A stretch of 64,000 nt of DNA, taken from Bdellovibrionales bacterium. GTDB lineage: Bacteria > Bdellovibrionota > Bdellovibrionia > Bdellovibrionales > UBA1609. The stretch is taken from NCBI GenBank assembly GCA_050250515.1, contig JBFWON010000004.1, positions 3,248 through 67,247 on the forward strand. The letters run 5' to 3'. Each line of letters starts with the position of its first letter. Position 1 is the stretch's first letter. Shown piece by piece: positions 46,862 through 57,305 of the stretch. The notes beneath the pieces were generated by a model. That model was given only the letters and a program-made list of their open reading frames with translations, was not told where the DNA came from and did not search any database. The position numbers and the translations under genes are program-made.

Positions 46862-47338
46862 ATGACGGCTAGGATTTGCATCTTACTTCTGGCGTTGATG
46901 ACGGTGAATTGCTCCATGATAACAGAGCCACCGACGGAGACCGAAAACAAAGCCTGCGCGGGAGCCACACCTCCCTCGGAGATCAACATATCCATACAAA
47001 GCGCAGACCCACTACCCATCTATTTTGGTGCCACGGTCGCGGACTCTCTCATATTAGATGAGTGCGCCCCCACCTCCGAAGATCGATTTGTCTTCGTTCG
47101 GCACAATGCTCACAATGCCACTCTCACTATATTTGCGGTTAAAGGCACACCGGCTTACGCCAAGTTTTTCAATGCCGATGGAACGCCCATCACGCCGGCA
47201 ACGTTGAAGGCTGTGATTGTAGGGCGCCCAGCCTGTGATTCCGACAATATCTTGATTTCACAAATCGAGAAACCGTTGACCTGGGTGCCGATGGCTAGCC
47301 CGCCGAACTGCACTGTGGATGGCTACTCAGGATTTTAA
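46862..47338 (+). CDS. Hypothetical lipoprotein
   Basis: MTARICILLLALMTVNC lipobox-like signal; four further Cys. Confidence 0.6.
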   Translation: MTARICILLLALMTVNCSMITEPPTETENKACAGATPPSEINISIQSADPLPIYFGATVADSLILDECAPTSEDRFVFVRHNAHNATLTIFAVKGTPAYAKFFNADGTPITPATLKAVIVGRPACDSDNILISQIEKPLTWVPMASPPNCTVDGYSGF

Positions 47339-47462
47339 TGATCGAAAATGCTTCGACTTTGAAACGGGAATACTTTCCTTTTGAGAGTCTGGACCTTCCT
47401 CCGATTCCGTTCGCTAAATCTCTAGGGTAATCTTATGGCGACTCATCACAAGGAGAGGGCTC

Positions 47463-47921
47463 TTGAAAGTTTTGATTCTACCATATTTATTCCTAATATC
47501 CTGGCAAGCGGCAGCCTCGTCGTGCCCCGACCTTAAGGGTGAGTTTGTCCTGAATTGTCCGACCGCAGGCCGAAGTTTTTCGACCTTCATTCTCAATCAG
47601 GTGGGCTGCAATAGCTTTGGAGTTCGGATCCAGTACTACAATTCGTCAGGTGCACCCACTATCTCCGCCTCACAGTTTACGTGGATACCTATCTCTTCTT
47701 CAAGGGTGCAACTGTCCGAGACTCCAACCCACCGGGAAGAAGTTGAGAGTTTCTACGACGCCGACTCTCTCTACAGATACTTCTATAGAATCAACAAAAG
47801 TAGTGGGCAGCCCGAAAGTCAAAGAATCGAAATCGTGGATAAACTAAAGGACGGCCAACTGTTCGTCTCACTAGCAGTGATTGGATCAGGTCACGCCAAG
47901 CCGCTCAGTTCTTGTCCGTAG
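47463..47921 (+). CDS. Small secreted hypothetical protein
   Basis: AGGAGAGG RBS before TTG; signal ending QAAA, then SSCPDLKG. Confidence 0.65.
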   Translation: MKVLILPYLFLISWQAAASSCPDLKGEFVLNCPTAGRSFSTFILNQVGCNSFGVRIQYYNSSGAPTISASQFTWIPISSSRVQLSETPTHREEVESFYDADSLYRYFYRINKSSGQPESQRIEIVDKLKDGQLFVSLAVIGSGHAKPLSSCP

Positions 47922-47931
47922 TGCAAGCTCG

Positions 47932-50900
47932 CTATGCCTTTTTTCGGCTAAAATCGTCTAAGACGGACAAGGCCGCAGGGAAAATGAAGGTCGTCATCAG
48001 TGAGCCAAACATAATGCCCCAGCCGAGCGCCATCGCGATGGGTACGACGAATTTGTCCAGGCCACCCACACCATAGGCGGTCGGCAAAATGCCGAACACG
48101 GTGGTCATAGTGGTGAGGAAAATGGGTCGCAGACGATCTCGAGCGGCGGCGAGAATACTTTCATTGTGATCCAAACCTTCTTCTCGCTTTTGATTCACAA
48201 AATCCACCATCACAATGGCATTGTTCACAATGACACCGGCCAGAGCCACAATCCCCATCATTGCCAGAAAGCTGAGGGGCATCCCGTGAATAAAGAACGC
48301 AATAATGACGGCGATCAAACCGATCGGGATGGTCATCATGACTACCAGAGGCTGCAATAGGCTTTTAAACGTACTCACCAAGATCAACAAAATTCCAAGA
48401 GCCGCGACTCCGAAAGCACGCAGCAAAGAACGAAAGCTCTCTTGCGTGTCTTCGTCTTCACCGCCGAAGACAATCTTGAGACCAGGAAACTTTTGGCTCA
48501 ATTCCGGTAGAAGATCACGAATCTTTCCATTCACTTCAAGAGAACTGGTCTTTTTCACATCCACATCGGCTGTGACCCTGACTTGTCGCGAGTTTCCTTC
48601 ATGCTCATGAAAAGCCACATCGCGCGTGACCGCGGTTCTCGCGATCTGTTGCAGGGGAATTAAGCTTCCCTGCGGATTGGGAATAAATAGATTTTCAAGA
48701 GCCGCGCTGGAAGCTCTCTGTTCTGCTGGGAAAATCACTCGAACATCGACTTCATCGTCAATCTCCCGTATCGTGGTGGCTACAATGCCCTCATAAACGG
48801 CCCGAACCGTGTTGCCAATCGCCGCCGCTGACAAATTGGCGGCCGCAGCCTCGCTGGCCTTCACCGAGATTCGGATTTCCTCCTTACCCATGACGTAGCT
48901 GTCCCCGATGTCCATGACACCATCAATTCCTTCGAGAATCTTTTTGAGATCCGCCACCGCCGGAAGAATATCTTCATACTTTGGTCCCCGAATCGATAAG
49001 CTCACGGGCTTTCCTGTAGGCGGGCCGGGGTTCACCCGATTGAAGGTGACTTTTTTAAAACCAAGGCGTTCCGCCTCACCCGCCTGGGCCCGTAGATCTT
49101 CGATGATCTGAGCCGCATTGCGATCGCGCTCGTTCTCCGGCGTCAGAAAGACGGCAATTTGGCCATACTCACTGCCCCGGCGTGTGTTCGGGTCGTTAGG
49201 GTCCTGTTGAACAATACCAATGGTCGTCGTAAAGTTCTTTAGCTCCTCAGGCTTAAGTCCTTGCACTAGCTTTTCGAGGGGGCGAATCAGTTCACTATGC
49301 TGGGCTAAGCTTGTACCCACATGGGTCTCAGTCCGAATGAAGAAAATTTCCACACCTTCTGGTGGAAACAAAATGAACCGCATTCCCTTGGTCGCAAGCA
49401 AAAGACTCCCCGCTAAAGTCACGACCAACCCAGCCATTACCCAATACCGATGGCGAAGAAAGCGCGCGAGGATTTTGACATAAAGCTCAGTGACCTGATT
49501 GTCCCAAAAGCTCTGGAACGCCACTTTGAATTTAGCAAGAGGGTTCGTCGGCTCGTAGGTTTTTAGCCTTTGGATGTACTCTGGCGTGATCCAACTGGCG
49601 ATATGTCCAGGCAAAACAAAGAACGCTTCGAACAAACTCACGATCAGAGCAAAGATGACTCCCATCGGGATGAACTTAACGAATTTTCCAAAAATCCCAC
49701 TCATAAACATCAACGGTGCAAAGGCCACGATCGTCGTCAAAACGGAAGCGGTCACCGACAGCGCCACTTGCGAAGCGCCCTTTATTGCGGCTTCTTTGGG
49801 ATCCATGCCTTGCTCGACAAAGCGAGCGGCGTTCTCCGTTACAACGATGGCGTCATCCACCAACATCCCCACCACGATGATCAATCCAATCATGGTGAGC
49901 AAGTTGATCGTTACACCCATATTGTAGAAAAGAATAATCGCCCCAAGAAAAGCGAATGGCACCCCAAGAGAAATAATGAACGAGAATCGGAAAGGCAGAA
50001 AAAATGGCAAGAGCAAGACCACCAGGATCAAACCCACCGCCATATTGCCGGTCAAAACTTTCAGACGATTGCGCACGTATTCGGAAATATCGTTCACATA
50101 GCCAATCTGATAATCGGGACCAATGTTGGCCTTTAATTCCACCATGCGCTCTTTGATCTTGTTTACCAAGTCGATCGCATCGGCTTTTTCCTTCTTGAGG
50201 ACTGTTAAAGTAAGCGCCGTTTGTCCGTTCGCCCGATTAACGATCGTGGACCTTTCTAATTCGTAGGTGACGTCGGCCACATCTCCCACCGTAATGGAAG
50301 ATCCCAATTCATTCGAGCGCACGACTGTCTTTCGAACATCATCGAGAGTTTTGAACTCACCGTAGGTTCGAACAAATTTTTCGCGCGAATCCGCCACTCC
50401 GGCCCTGGCATCCAGGATTCCGGCTGGGATTGAGACGTTCTGTTTTTTCAATGCGGCGACCAGCTCGTCCACGCTGACTCGGTAGCGAGCCAGCTTTTGA
50501 ACCGTCGGCACGACTCGAATTTCGAGATCTCGCATGCCCCGATGAACGATTTTAGCCACACCCGAAATGGCCTCGATCTCTTTTTCCAAATATTTGGCCA
50601 TTTTTCGAAGTTCCATCTGATCCACATCGGCCGCCAAAGTGACCTCGATCAGGGGAGCCCGTCTGGATTCAATTGCGGTCACTAAGGGATCCTCGGCTCC
50701 TTCCGGAAGATCGGTAAACTTGTCGACTACGTTTTGAATGTCTTCTTTACCTTTGGCCTCAGTGGTCTGATCGGGATCCAAAAAGATCGTCAACATGGAC
50801 TGATTTTCAACTGAGACGGAAAGAAGCTTCTTGATGCCATCCACTTCGAGCATGTCTTGCTCCAGTGGATTCGAAATCAACTTTTCAGTATCATCTGGAG

Positions 50901-51066
50901 TCGCGCCCGGGAAAATGGTCTGTACGGTCACGACGTCGAAATTAATATTGGGAAAAGCTTCTCGGCGGATCAAAAGGATGGAAGCAATGCCAACGATCAT
51001 CACCGCGATGGTGAGTAAATTGCCAAACAAACTCTGTCTGACGAAAAATTCGATTAAATTCTTCAT
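47932..51066 (-). CDS. RND efflux transporter permease (AcrB/AcrD/AcrF family)
   Basis: 1044 aa; GMLVDDAIVVTEN, GVIVNNAI, RLRPIFLT. Confidence 0.95.
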   Translation of the reverse strand: MKNLIEFFVRQSLFGNLLTIAVMIVGIASILLIRREAFPNINFDVVTVQTIFPGATPDDTEKLISNPLEQDMLEVDGIKKLLSVSVENQSMLTIFLDPDQTTEAKGKEDIQNVVDKFTDLPEGAEDPLVTAIESRRAPLIEVTLAADVDQMELRKMAKYLEKEIEAISGVAKIVHRGMRDLEIRVVPTVQKLARYRVSVDELVAALKKQNVSIPAGILDARAGVADSREKFVRTYGEFKTLDDVRKTVVRSNELGSSITVGDVADVTYELERSTIVNRANGQTALTLTVLKKEKADAIDLVNKIKERMVELKANIGPDYQIGYVNDISEYVRNRLKVLTGNMAVGLILVVLLLPFFLPFRFSFIISLGVPFAFLGAIILFYNMGVTINLLTMIGLIIVVGMLVDDAIVVTENAARFVEQGMDPKEAAIKGASQVALSVTASVLTTIVAFAPLMFMSGIFGKFVKFIPMGVIFALIVSLFEAFFVLPGHIASWITPEYIQRLKTYEPTNPLAKFKVAFQSFWDNQVTELYVKILARFLRHRYWVMAGLVVTLAGSLLLATKGMRFILFPPEGVEIFFIRTETHVGTSLAQHSELIRPLEKLVQGLKPEELKNFTTTIGIVQQDPNDPNTRRGSEYGQIAVFLTPENERDRNAAQIIEDLRAQAGEAERLGFKKVTFNRVNPGPPTGKPVSLSIRGPKYEDILPAVADLKKILEGIDGVMDIGDSYVMGKEEIRISVKASEAAAANLSAAAIGNTVRAVYEGIVATTIREIDDEVDVRVIFPAEQRASSAALENLFIPNPQGSLIPLQQIARTAVTRDVAFHEHEGNSRQVRVTADVDVKKTSSLEVNGKIRDLLPELSQKFPGLKIVFGGEDEDTQESFRSLLRAFGVAALGILLILVSTFKSLLQPLVVMMTIPIGLIAVIIAFFIHGMPLSFLAMMGIVALAGVIVNNAIVMVDFVNQKREEGLDHNESILAAARDRLRPIFLTTMTTVFGILPTAYGVGGLDKFVVPIAMALGWGIMFGSLMTTFIFPAALSVLDDFSRKKA

Positions 51067-52589
51067 AGACCAGGGATCTCCAAATTCTGCAGTTTCGTCA
51101 GATAGGACTTCAATCCGTCAAACTGTCGACGAACAGTCCAGGCGGCCAACCTGAGTTGGACTTCCGTACCTCGCAAAGTGAGATCCGCCGTCGTCGCATC
51201 GTCACCCGCCTGGACCACCGACAAGATGGAGCTTCGTCCGATTCCGAAGCGGCGCTCGTCCAACTGGGCTCGTCGATCTTGGTTTTTGAGTGCTTCCCTC
51301 ATCATTTCAGCGGTGGAGGCCAACCGGCGGACGGTTTCACATCCCGTCAGCCACCTCAGCCGCCACTCGGAAATCGCCTGGTCGGCCACCGCTCGGGTGC
51401 GATTTTTTTCTGCCAATTTGGTGCGATAATCGGCCTCCTTCTGTCGCGACAGCAAAGGCATGCTCAGTTCCACACCAAGAAAGTAAGCTGGGTCGTTGAA
51501 ATTGCGATTTTCTTCCAAAGTGCGTGCGCGGTCGGTCATATCGATTCCGTTGGACGCAGCCGAAGCCTTTAGTTTCAAGTCTGGATGGGACTGGCTACTC
51601 GAGGCGATAAACTGACTTTCGGCCGCGGAAGCTGACGCTTTGGCTTGGCGAATGTTCGCGGGCTCGTTGTCGTCATTCAGTTCCGCCGGGGCCTCCTTAC
51701 AAATTCGCAGCGCTTCGGGCACAGGATCATCAATCGAAATCGGAATCAGAACCGGATCAATTTTGAGCCAATCCACCGGAAGCTTTAGGGTTATCACCAA
51801 TCCCTGCCAACGGTCGGCTAAGTTCTGCCGGGCTTCTGCTTCTTGCGCCTGAGCACCTATCAACGCACTTTTGACCTGTAGGAGATCGGGCTCTTCCGCC
51901 GTTCCTCTTCGGGTCTTAATGCGCAAGATTTTTTCCAAGCGTTCGCGTCGCTTGGTGTTTTCAATCATCGCGTTCACGCGCATCTTGGCGAGCCACGCGT
52001 TATAAAAAACCTCCATCATGCCCATGGCCCAAGACTCCACTGAGTTTTCCAATCCGGCCGTGGTGGCTCGATCCGCCGCAATCCCCGCTTGAACCTGTGA
52101 TCTTGTCGCGCGGCCAAAGGCATTGGCCCAGAGGCTTTGCTCCACTCCGAAACTAAGTTTACTCTCATAGTAGGAGGTCGAGCCGGTCGAGAACGCATAA
52201 GAGTTCGAGGCCGTAGTAAAATCGGCCGTAATGTCCGTTCCCGTCGGTAGGCGCGCCTTAGCACCAAGTCCATAGGTGCTGTTCTTGATTTTTCCCGGAA
52301 CAAAGACATTGGCGACCTCATTCCGATTGTCGCCCCACTGATATTTGGCCGTCACCGTCGGGTCATAACTAGCCCGAGCCGAAAGAGAGCTCACTTCGGC
52401 TAGCGGGCGCTGACTCGCCACCGCCTCGAAGCTATCCGAAGACTTCATGGCACGGGATAAAACCACGTCCAACGAGATCGTTTTGCCTGGCAATTTACCA
52501 AGAAGCTCTTTGGCGTCTGCGGGCAATTCAGCGGCCCTCACTCCGAAAGAATAGGTGAGGATTCCCATGATGACGCACAAGTTGATCAC
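51063..52589 (-). CDS. TolC family outer-membrane channel
   Basis: Signal peptide; OEP-repeat-like segments (ERRFGIGRSSILSVVQA, GVELSMPL); coupled to the RND gene. Confidence 0.8.
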   Translation of the reverse strand: MINLCVIMGILTYSFGVRAAELPADAKELLGKLPGKTISLDVVLSRAMKSSDSFEAVASQRPLAEVSSLSARASYDPTVTAKYQWGDNRNEVANVFVPGKIKNSTYGLGAKARLPTGTDITADFTTASNSYAFSTGSTSYYESKLSFGVEQSLWANAFGRATRSQVQAGIAADRATTAGLENSVESWAMGMMEVFYNAWLAKMRVNAMIENTKRRERLEKILRIKTRRGTAEEPDLLQVKSALIGAQAQEAEARQNLADRWQGLVITLKLPVDWLKIDPVLIPISIDDPVPEALRICKEAPAELNDDNEPANIRQAKASASAAESQFIASSSQSHPDLKLKASAASNGIDMTDRARTLEENRNFNDPAYFLGVELSMPLLSRQKEADYRTKLAEKNRTRAVADQAISEWRLRWLTGCETVRRLASTAEMMREALKNQDRRAQLDERRFGIGRSSILSVVQAGDDATTADLTLRGTEVQLRLAAWTVRRQFDGLKSYLTKLQNLEIPGL

Positions 52590-52668
52590 GCTCTACCCCC
52601 CCCCAAAGAATTCAAAGTTTTTTGATCTTATTGAGGCCGCAGAGCGTTTGCAAGTAGACTTAGAGTCT

Positions 52669-53208
52669 ATGAATTCTGACGAGATCTTGAAATTTTGGTT
52701 TGAAGAGTTAACTCCGAAGCAATGGTTCGCGAAGGACACTTTGCTCGATCGCACCATTGAGAAACGCTTCGGGGCCCTTCATCACAAAGCCGCCTTGGGA
52801 GAAATGCACATTTGGCGTGCAAGCCCGAAAGGTCGCCTGGCCGAGATCCTGGTTCTTGATCAATTCAGCCGAAATCTGTTTCGAGATCAGGCCAAAGCCT
52901 TTGCCCAGGACGGGATGGCTTTGGTCCTGGCTCAGGAAGCCGTGGCTCGGGGTTTCGATGCGGAGCTTCCGCTGGTGCAACGCAAATTCGTTTACATGCC
53001 TTACATGCACAGCGAGTCACCTGCTATCCACGAAATCGCAGTGAAGCTTTTTTCCATAGCAGGCCTTGAGGACAATCTGAAATTTGAGATGATGCATAAA
53101 AAAATCATTGATCGATTTGGACGCTATCCTCATCGCAACGCGGTTCTTGGCCGCGAATCCACCCCGGAGGAAATTGAGTTTTTGAAGCAGCCCGGATCGG
53201 GGTTTTAG
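52669..53208 (+). CDS. DUF924 family protein
   Basis: ILKFWF, LDQFSRN, YMPYMHSE, FGRYPHRN. Confidence 0.92.
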   Translation: MNSDEILKFWFEELTPKQWFAKDTLLDRTIEKRFGALHHKAALGEMHIWRASPKGRLAEILVLDQFSRNLFRDQAKAFAQDGMALVLAQEAVARGFDAELPLVQRKFVYMPYMHSESPAIHEIAVKLFSIAGLEDNLKFEMMHKKIIDRFGRYPHRNAVLGRESTPEEIEFLKQPGSGF

Positions 53209-53319
53209 GCGGCTGTGGCATCAAACTTGATGAAAAACTGATAAGGTGCTGGGCCAACCTTCGCCAGATTCCATGATATTGCCTAAGGCGATGCCCACAG
53301 ACACTTTCCAACTTAAGCC

Positions 53320-53445
53320 CTAGTGGTGAGTCTGGACTAGATGAACGACTAAGATCAAAATCTTGAGCAGATAAATCTGCGTCCACAACAGGACTCGAAA
53401 CGTCATCCAGTTCAGCCGAAATGAAAGACAGTTGTGTTCTTTCAT
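53320..53445 (-). CDS. Putative 41-aa small hydrophobic peptide (not in the ORF track)
   Basis: AAGGGAGG RBS 5 nt before ATG; MKEHNCLSFRLNWMTFRVLLWTQIYLLKILILVVHLVQTHH*. Confidence 0.45.
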   Translation of the reverse strand: MKEHNCLSFRLNWMTFRVLLWTQIYLLKILILVVHLVQTHH

Positions 53446-53614
53446 TTATGCCTCCCTTCTAGGTCGAACCCAACAGAGGTGGCCCAGCGGGGAGGAGCTA
53501 TTGCAAACGTGCCAAGGGCGGCAAAATCAACAGATTGAAAATAACGAAGTGGTCCGGTCCGATCCGCGAATAGTCCGACGAAAATCGGACAATGTCTCAG
53601 TAACAGTGCTGGAT

Positions 53615-54154
53615 CTAGCGCAGACTTAAGACCATCGCGATGTCGGTTATTTTTTGGCCAAAGACGCGAAACATGTCGGCATGACGACCGACTTCGGTGA
53701 AGCCGAACTTCTTGTAGAGCGCTTGGGCCGCCTCGTTGTTGGAAAAAACAAAAAGATCTATCCACGATAGCGACGGTTGAGTGCGCGCCCACTCGATGGC
53801 GGTCGCCACCATTTTCGATCCCCAACCTTTACCCCGATGGCTTCGCTCAATTCCCATCATCAAAGTGGTACGGTGCAGACAACTTTTCAATGGTGGCCGG
53901 TGCACCAGCTGACATTCGCCAAAAACTTCTTTTTCATCCGTCAGAATCCAGGCTCGCTCCCAATCGCATTCGGTCACAGCACGCGCCCATTGCTCGGTCT
54001 GACGAGAAGCAAATTTCTCAAAAGGGATGTTCCAAGGCTCCTCATTCGGTGAGAACACAATGTCGCCATCTCGACCGGACTCGAGACCCGCTCGCTGATA
54101 ATGGCGGGCAAAGGCCGGTAAATCGGCGGTGGTGGCAAGACGAACTTGTTCCAT
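53615..54154 (-). CDS. GNAT family N-acetyltransferase
   Basis: HRGKGWG, NEAAQALYKKFGF; start MEQVRL overlaps the upstream stop (TGATG). Confidence 0.9.
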   Translation of the reverse strand: MEQVRLATTADLPAFARHYQRAGLESGRDGDIVFSPNEEPWNIPFEKFASRQTEQWARAVTECDWERAWILTDEKEVFGECQLVHRPPLKSCLHRTTLMMGIERSHRGKGWGSKMVATAIEWARTQPSLSWIDLFVFSNNEAAQALYKKFGFTEVGRHADMFRVFGQKITDIAMVLSLR

Positions 54155-55116
54155 CAAGGGGGCGCTTGTGAGCCGTCGTAAACTTCGACGCGATTGCGAC
54201 CGTTTGCCTTTGCCGAGTAAAGGGCGCGATCGGCAAAGCGTACCAAGGTGCGAGCATCCACGTTCACTTCCGTAGGATTCACTACACAAAGACCAAGGCT
54301 AGCCGTCAATTTCATCGTGAAGTTGTCATTTTTAAAAACGGCCTCTTCGATGCGCCCACGTAAACGGTTGGCGAAAGTTTTCGCCCCTTCCAAATTGATT
54401 TCCGTCAAGACAACGAGGAACTCGTCACCCCCGTACCTGGCGCCAAAGTCGACCTTGCGGATATTACCCCGAATCATTTTGCCCACTTCGCCGAGCACAA
54501 AGCTTCCAAAAAGATGGTCGTGCTGGTCATTCACCTTTTTGAAGTGGTCAAGATCCATCATGATCGCCCCAACGGAGCGATTGTACCTGCGGGCTCGATC
54601 GAGCTCGAAATCCAACCTTTTGTAAAGAGAGCGCATGTTAAACAAGCCGGTCAGATCATCGATATCCACCAGCTCTTTCAGTCGATCATTGGCCCGCTTC
54701 AAGCTGTCATTCAAATCTTTGATCCGCAGTTGAGAGCGGACCCGAGACATCAGTTCTAAGACATCAAAAGGCTTGCAAACATAGTCGTCGGCGCCGGCAT
54801 CAAGACCCCGCACAATATCGTCTCTCAAACAATCGGCGGAGACGAAAATGACCGAGACATACTCATCCCGCAGTCGAAGACGAGACAAGGTTTCAATCCC
54901 ATTCATTCCCGGCATGTTGACGTCGAGCAAAATGAGATGAGGCCCCCATTCGTCCAGCTTATTCAGGCCTTCCATGCCATTTTCAGCCTGCCGAACCTGA
55001 TATCCCTCGTATTCCAGAGCTTTCGCCACAATGGCACGAGAAGACGAATCATCGTCCACGACTAAGATCTTACGTTCCTCATTGTTAACCGCTGCAATAA
55101 TGGGCTTATTTTCCAT
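54154..55116 (-). CDS. Response regulator diguanylate cyclase (REC-GGDEF)
   Basis: VVDDD, LLDVNMP receiver; RKVD I-site; YGGDEF. Confidence 0.95.
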   Translation of the reverse strand: MENKPIIAAVNNEERKILVVDDDSSSRAIVAKALEYEGYQVRQAENGMEGLNKLDEWGPHLILLDVNMPGMNGIETLSRLRLRDEYVSVIFVSADCLRDDIVRGLDAGADDYVCKPFDVLELMSRVRSQLRIKDLNDSLKRANDRLKELVDIDDLTGLFNMRSLYKRLDFELDRARRYNRSVGAIMMDLDHFKKVNDQHDHLFGSFVLGEVGKMIRGNIRKVDFGARYGGDEFLVVLTEINLEGAKTFANRLRGRIEEAVFKNDNFTMKLTASLGLCVVNPTEVNVDARTLVRFADRALYSAKANGRNRVEVYDGSQAPP

Positions 55117-57223
55117 GGCCTTCTACCATCAGTATAAAGGCGAACTCCTTAGCCCACAATTTCAAAGCTTCATATCGTCCAGTTGCTCCGGAATGCCCAG
55201 CGTCTAGCTCCGTGTAAAACAGCAATAAATTCGAATCTGTTTTGAGATCGCGCAATTTGGCCACCCATTTGGCTGGCTCCCAGTACTGCACCTGCGAGTC
55301 GTGGTAACCCGTATCCACAAAGACGTTGGGATAGGCCTTGGCCTCGACATTATCATAGGGCGAGTACTGCCTCATGTAATGATAATCCTTAGCCACCCGC
55401 GGGTCCCCCCACTCCTGGTACTCGCTAGTGGTCAGGGGGATGGATTCATCCAACATAGTGGTGAGAACATCAACAAAGGGCACTGAAGCCGTCACCGACT
55501 TGAACAAGTCGGGTCGCATGTTCATCACCGCACCCATCAAAAGGCCGCCCGCACTCCCCCCCATCACATGCAAATGCTCAGGAGAAGTGTAGCTTTCTCG
55601 GATTAAAGTCTCTGCGGCGTCGATAAAATCTGTAAAAGTGTTCATTTTCTGCTGCAACCGACCTTGATCGTACCAATCCCGCCCCATTTCAGAACCGCCT
55701 CTGATATGGGGGATTGCAAAGACAAACCCGCGATCCACCAGTGAAAAAATCGCGCTCCAAAAGTGAGGGGCATTATTCAAGCCGTATGATCCGTAGCCAT
55801 AAAGCAAAAGTGGATTTAGACCGTTTAACGTGGCACCCTTTGGGACAAGCACCGAAATCGGAATTCGAGCGCCATCGCGAGCCTTAGCCCAAACCCGCCT
55901 GGATTCGTACTTGGATTTGTCAAAGCCAGGGACCTCTTTTTCTTTCCGCAAAACTCGTTCGCGCGAAGTGAAATTTTCATCAAAGACCGAACGAGGACGG
56001 TTCAAACTCTCATAGATGAAGCGAAAATAGGGGCTATTATATTCGGGTAAGTCGTCCGCCGAAACCTCATAAACTGGATCTGGAAACTGCACCAATCGCT
56101 GGGTGCCCGTCTTTCTCTCGATCAGTCGAATTTGGGGAAGTCCCTCGGTCCGCTCGCTGATGACCAAATGGGTGCGATAGGCGGCCACGCCCTCGCGCAA
56201 AATCTTCGGGTCATGGGCCAAAACTTCACGCCATTGAGCCTTGCCGGGGTTGTCATATCGACCCTCCAACAAGCGAAAATTCTTAGCCTGCCAATTGGAG
56301 AGCACGTAAAAACTCTCGCCCGCATCCTCGATCGCGTATTCATGACCCTCAGAGCGAGGTTCCATCACCTGCCATTGACCATTCGGTTCATGCGCATTGA
56401 GCACTCGCCATTCAGAAGTCTGCGTCTTTGCGATATTCATAAAGAGCTTTTCGCCATTTTTCGAGGAATGAAGCTCTACACTAAAAGTCGGGTCCATCTC
56501 CTCGTACACAAGCTCAGGCGCCTGCGCGCTTCCAATCTGATAGCGAAAGACTTGAAACGCGCGCAAAGTTTGAGGGTCTTGTTTGACAAAAAAGACCGTT
56601 TTGTTGTCGGCTGCCCAAACAAAGCTGGGCGTGATGTTCTCGACTCGATCCGTAAGCAATTGCCCCGTCCTTAGATCTTTAAATTTCAGCTCGTAAAAGC
56701 GCCGGCCAACTGTGTCCACCGTGTAAGCTAAAATCTGATGGTTCGGGCTCGCCATGGCATCAGCCATATCGTAATACGACTGCCCTTCGGCTTCTTGATT
56801 TTCATCCAAGAGAATGACTTCCGGAGACTCGAGCGAGCTCTGTTTACGCGCATGAATGGCGTACTCTTTTCCGGCTTCCACTTTGGTGTAATAGAAGTAA
56901 TCCCCATCTTGCACAGGAACGGATTGATCCGATTCTTTGATCCTCGATTTCATCTCTTCAAAAAGGGTCTTTTCTAACGCCTCTACGGGCTTTAAGGCTT
57001 GCCGGACCCTCTGATTCTCTTGCCGAAGGTAGTCCAGAACCGGCTTTGAATCCCGCTCACGCATCCAGTAGTAATCGTCGACCCGGCGTTCCCCATGAAT
57101 CTCCATGACGAAGGGTTTTTTTTCGGGGGATTTGAACATCGGCGCCTCCGTTTCTGATCGCCCCATGAAGAGCGACAACCCAATCCCAAGCATCAGTAGT
57201 GGAAGAAGAAAGCGCACGTTCAT
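55106..57223 (-). CDS. ptrB: Oligopeptidase B (S9A)
   Basis: DDYYWMR, GGSAGG nucleophile, DSQVQYWEPAKW, DAGH; start at MNVRFLL. Confidence 0.93.
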   Translation of the reverse strand: MNVRFLLPLLMLGIGLSLFMGRSETEAPMFKSPEKKPFVMEIHGERRVDDYYWMRERDSKPVLDYLRQENQRVRQALKPVEALEKTLFEEMKSRIKESDQSVPVQDGDYFYYTKVEAGKEYAIHARKQSSLESPEVILLDENQEAEGQSYYDMADAMASPNHQILAYTVDTVGRRFYELKFKDLRTGQLLTDRVENITPSFVWAADNKTVFFVKQDPQTLRAFQVFRYQIGSAQAPELVYEEMDPTFSVELHSSKNGEKLFMNIAKTQTSEWRVLNAHEPNGQWQVMEPRSEGHEYAIEDAGESFYVLSNWQAKNFRLLEGRYDNPGKAQWREVLAHDPKILREGVAAYRTHLVISERTEGLPQIRLIERKTGTQRLVQFPDPVYEVSADDLPEYNSPYFRFIYESLNRPRSVFDENFTSRERVLRKEKEVPGFDKSKYESRRVWAKARDGARIPISVLVPKGATLNGLNPLLLYGYGSYGLNNAPHFWSAIFSLVDRGFVFAIPHIRGGSEMGRDWYDQGRLQQKMNTFTDFIDAAETLIRESYTSPEHLHVMGGSAGGLLMGAVMNMRPDLFKSVTASVPFVDVLTTMLDESIPLTTSEYQEWGDPRVAKDYHYMRQYSPYDNVEAKAYPNVFVDTGYHDSQVQYWEPAKWVAKLRDLKTDSNLLLFYTELDAGHSGATGRYEALKLWAKEFAFILMVEGHGK

Positions 57224-57305
57224 CGAACCCGCCATCCTCCGGGTCAGGGAAGGCGAAGTCAATTTGTTGACTCCTGGCGGCGAGTCCCCTATTCCTGATC
57301 TTCAA

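Noticed and set aside
53500-53515. Minus-strand TTGGCACGTTTGCA upstream of the small ORF
   Set aside because: GG-to-GC spacing is 7, not 10.
57105-57305. Apparent N-terminal extension of LeuS overlapping ptrB head-to-head
   Set aside because: LeuS homology begins at MAYLHNE (57306); the extension is an ORF-caller artefact. Similar over-extensions were trimmed for the 31813, 52555, 54289 and 61592 ORFs.
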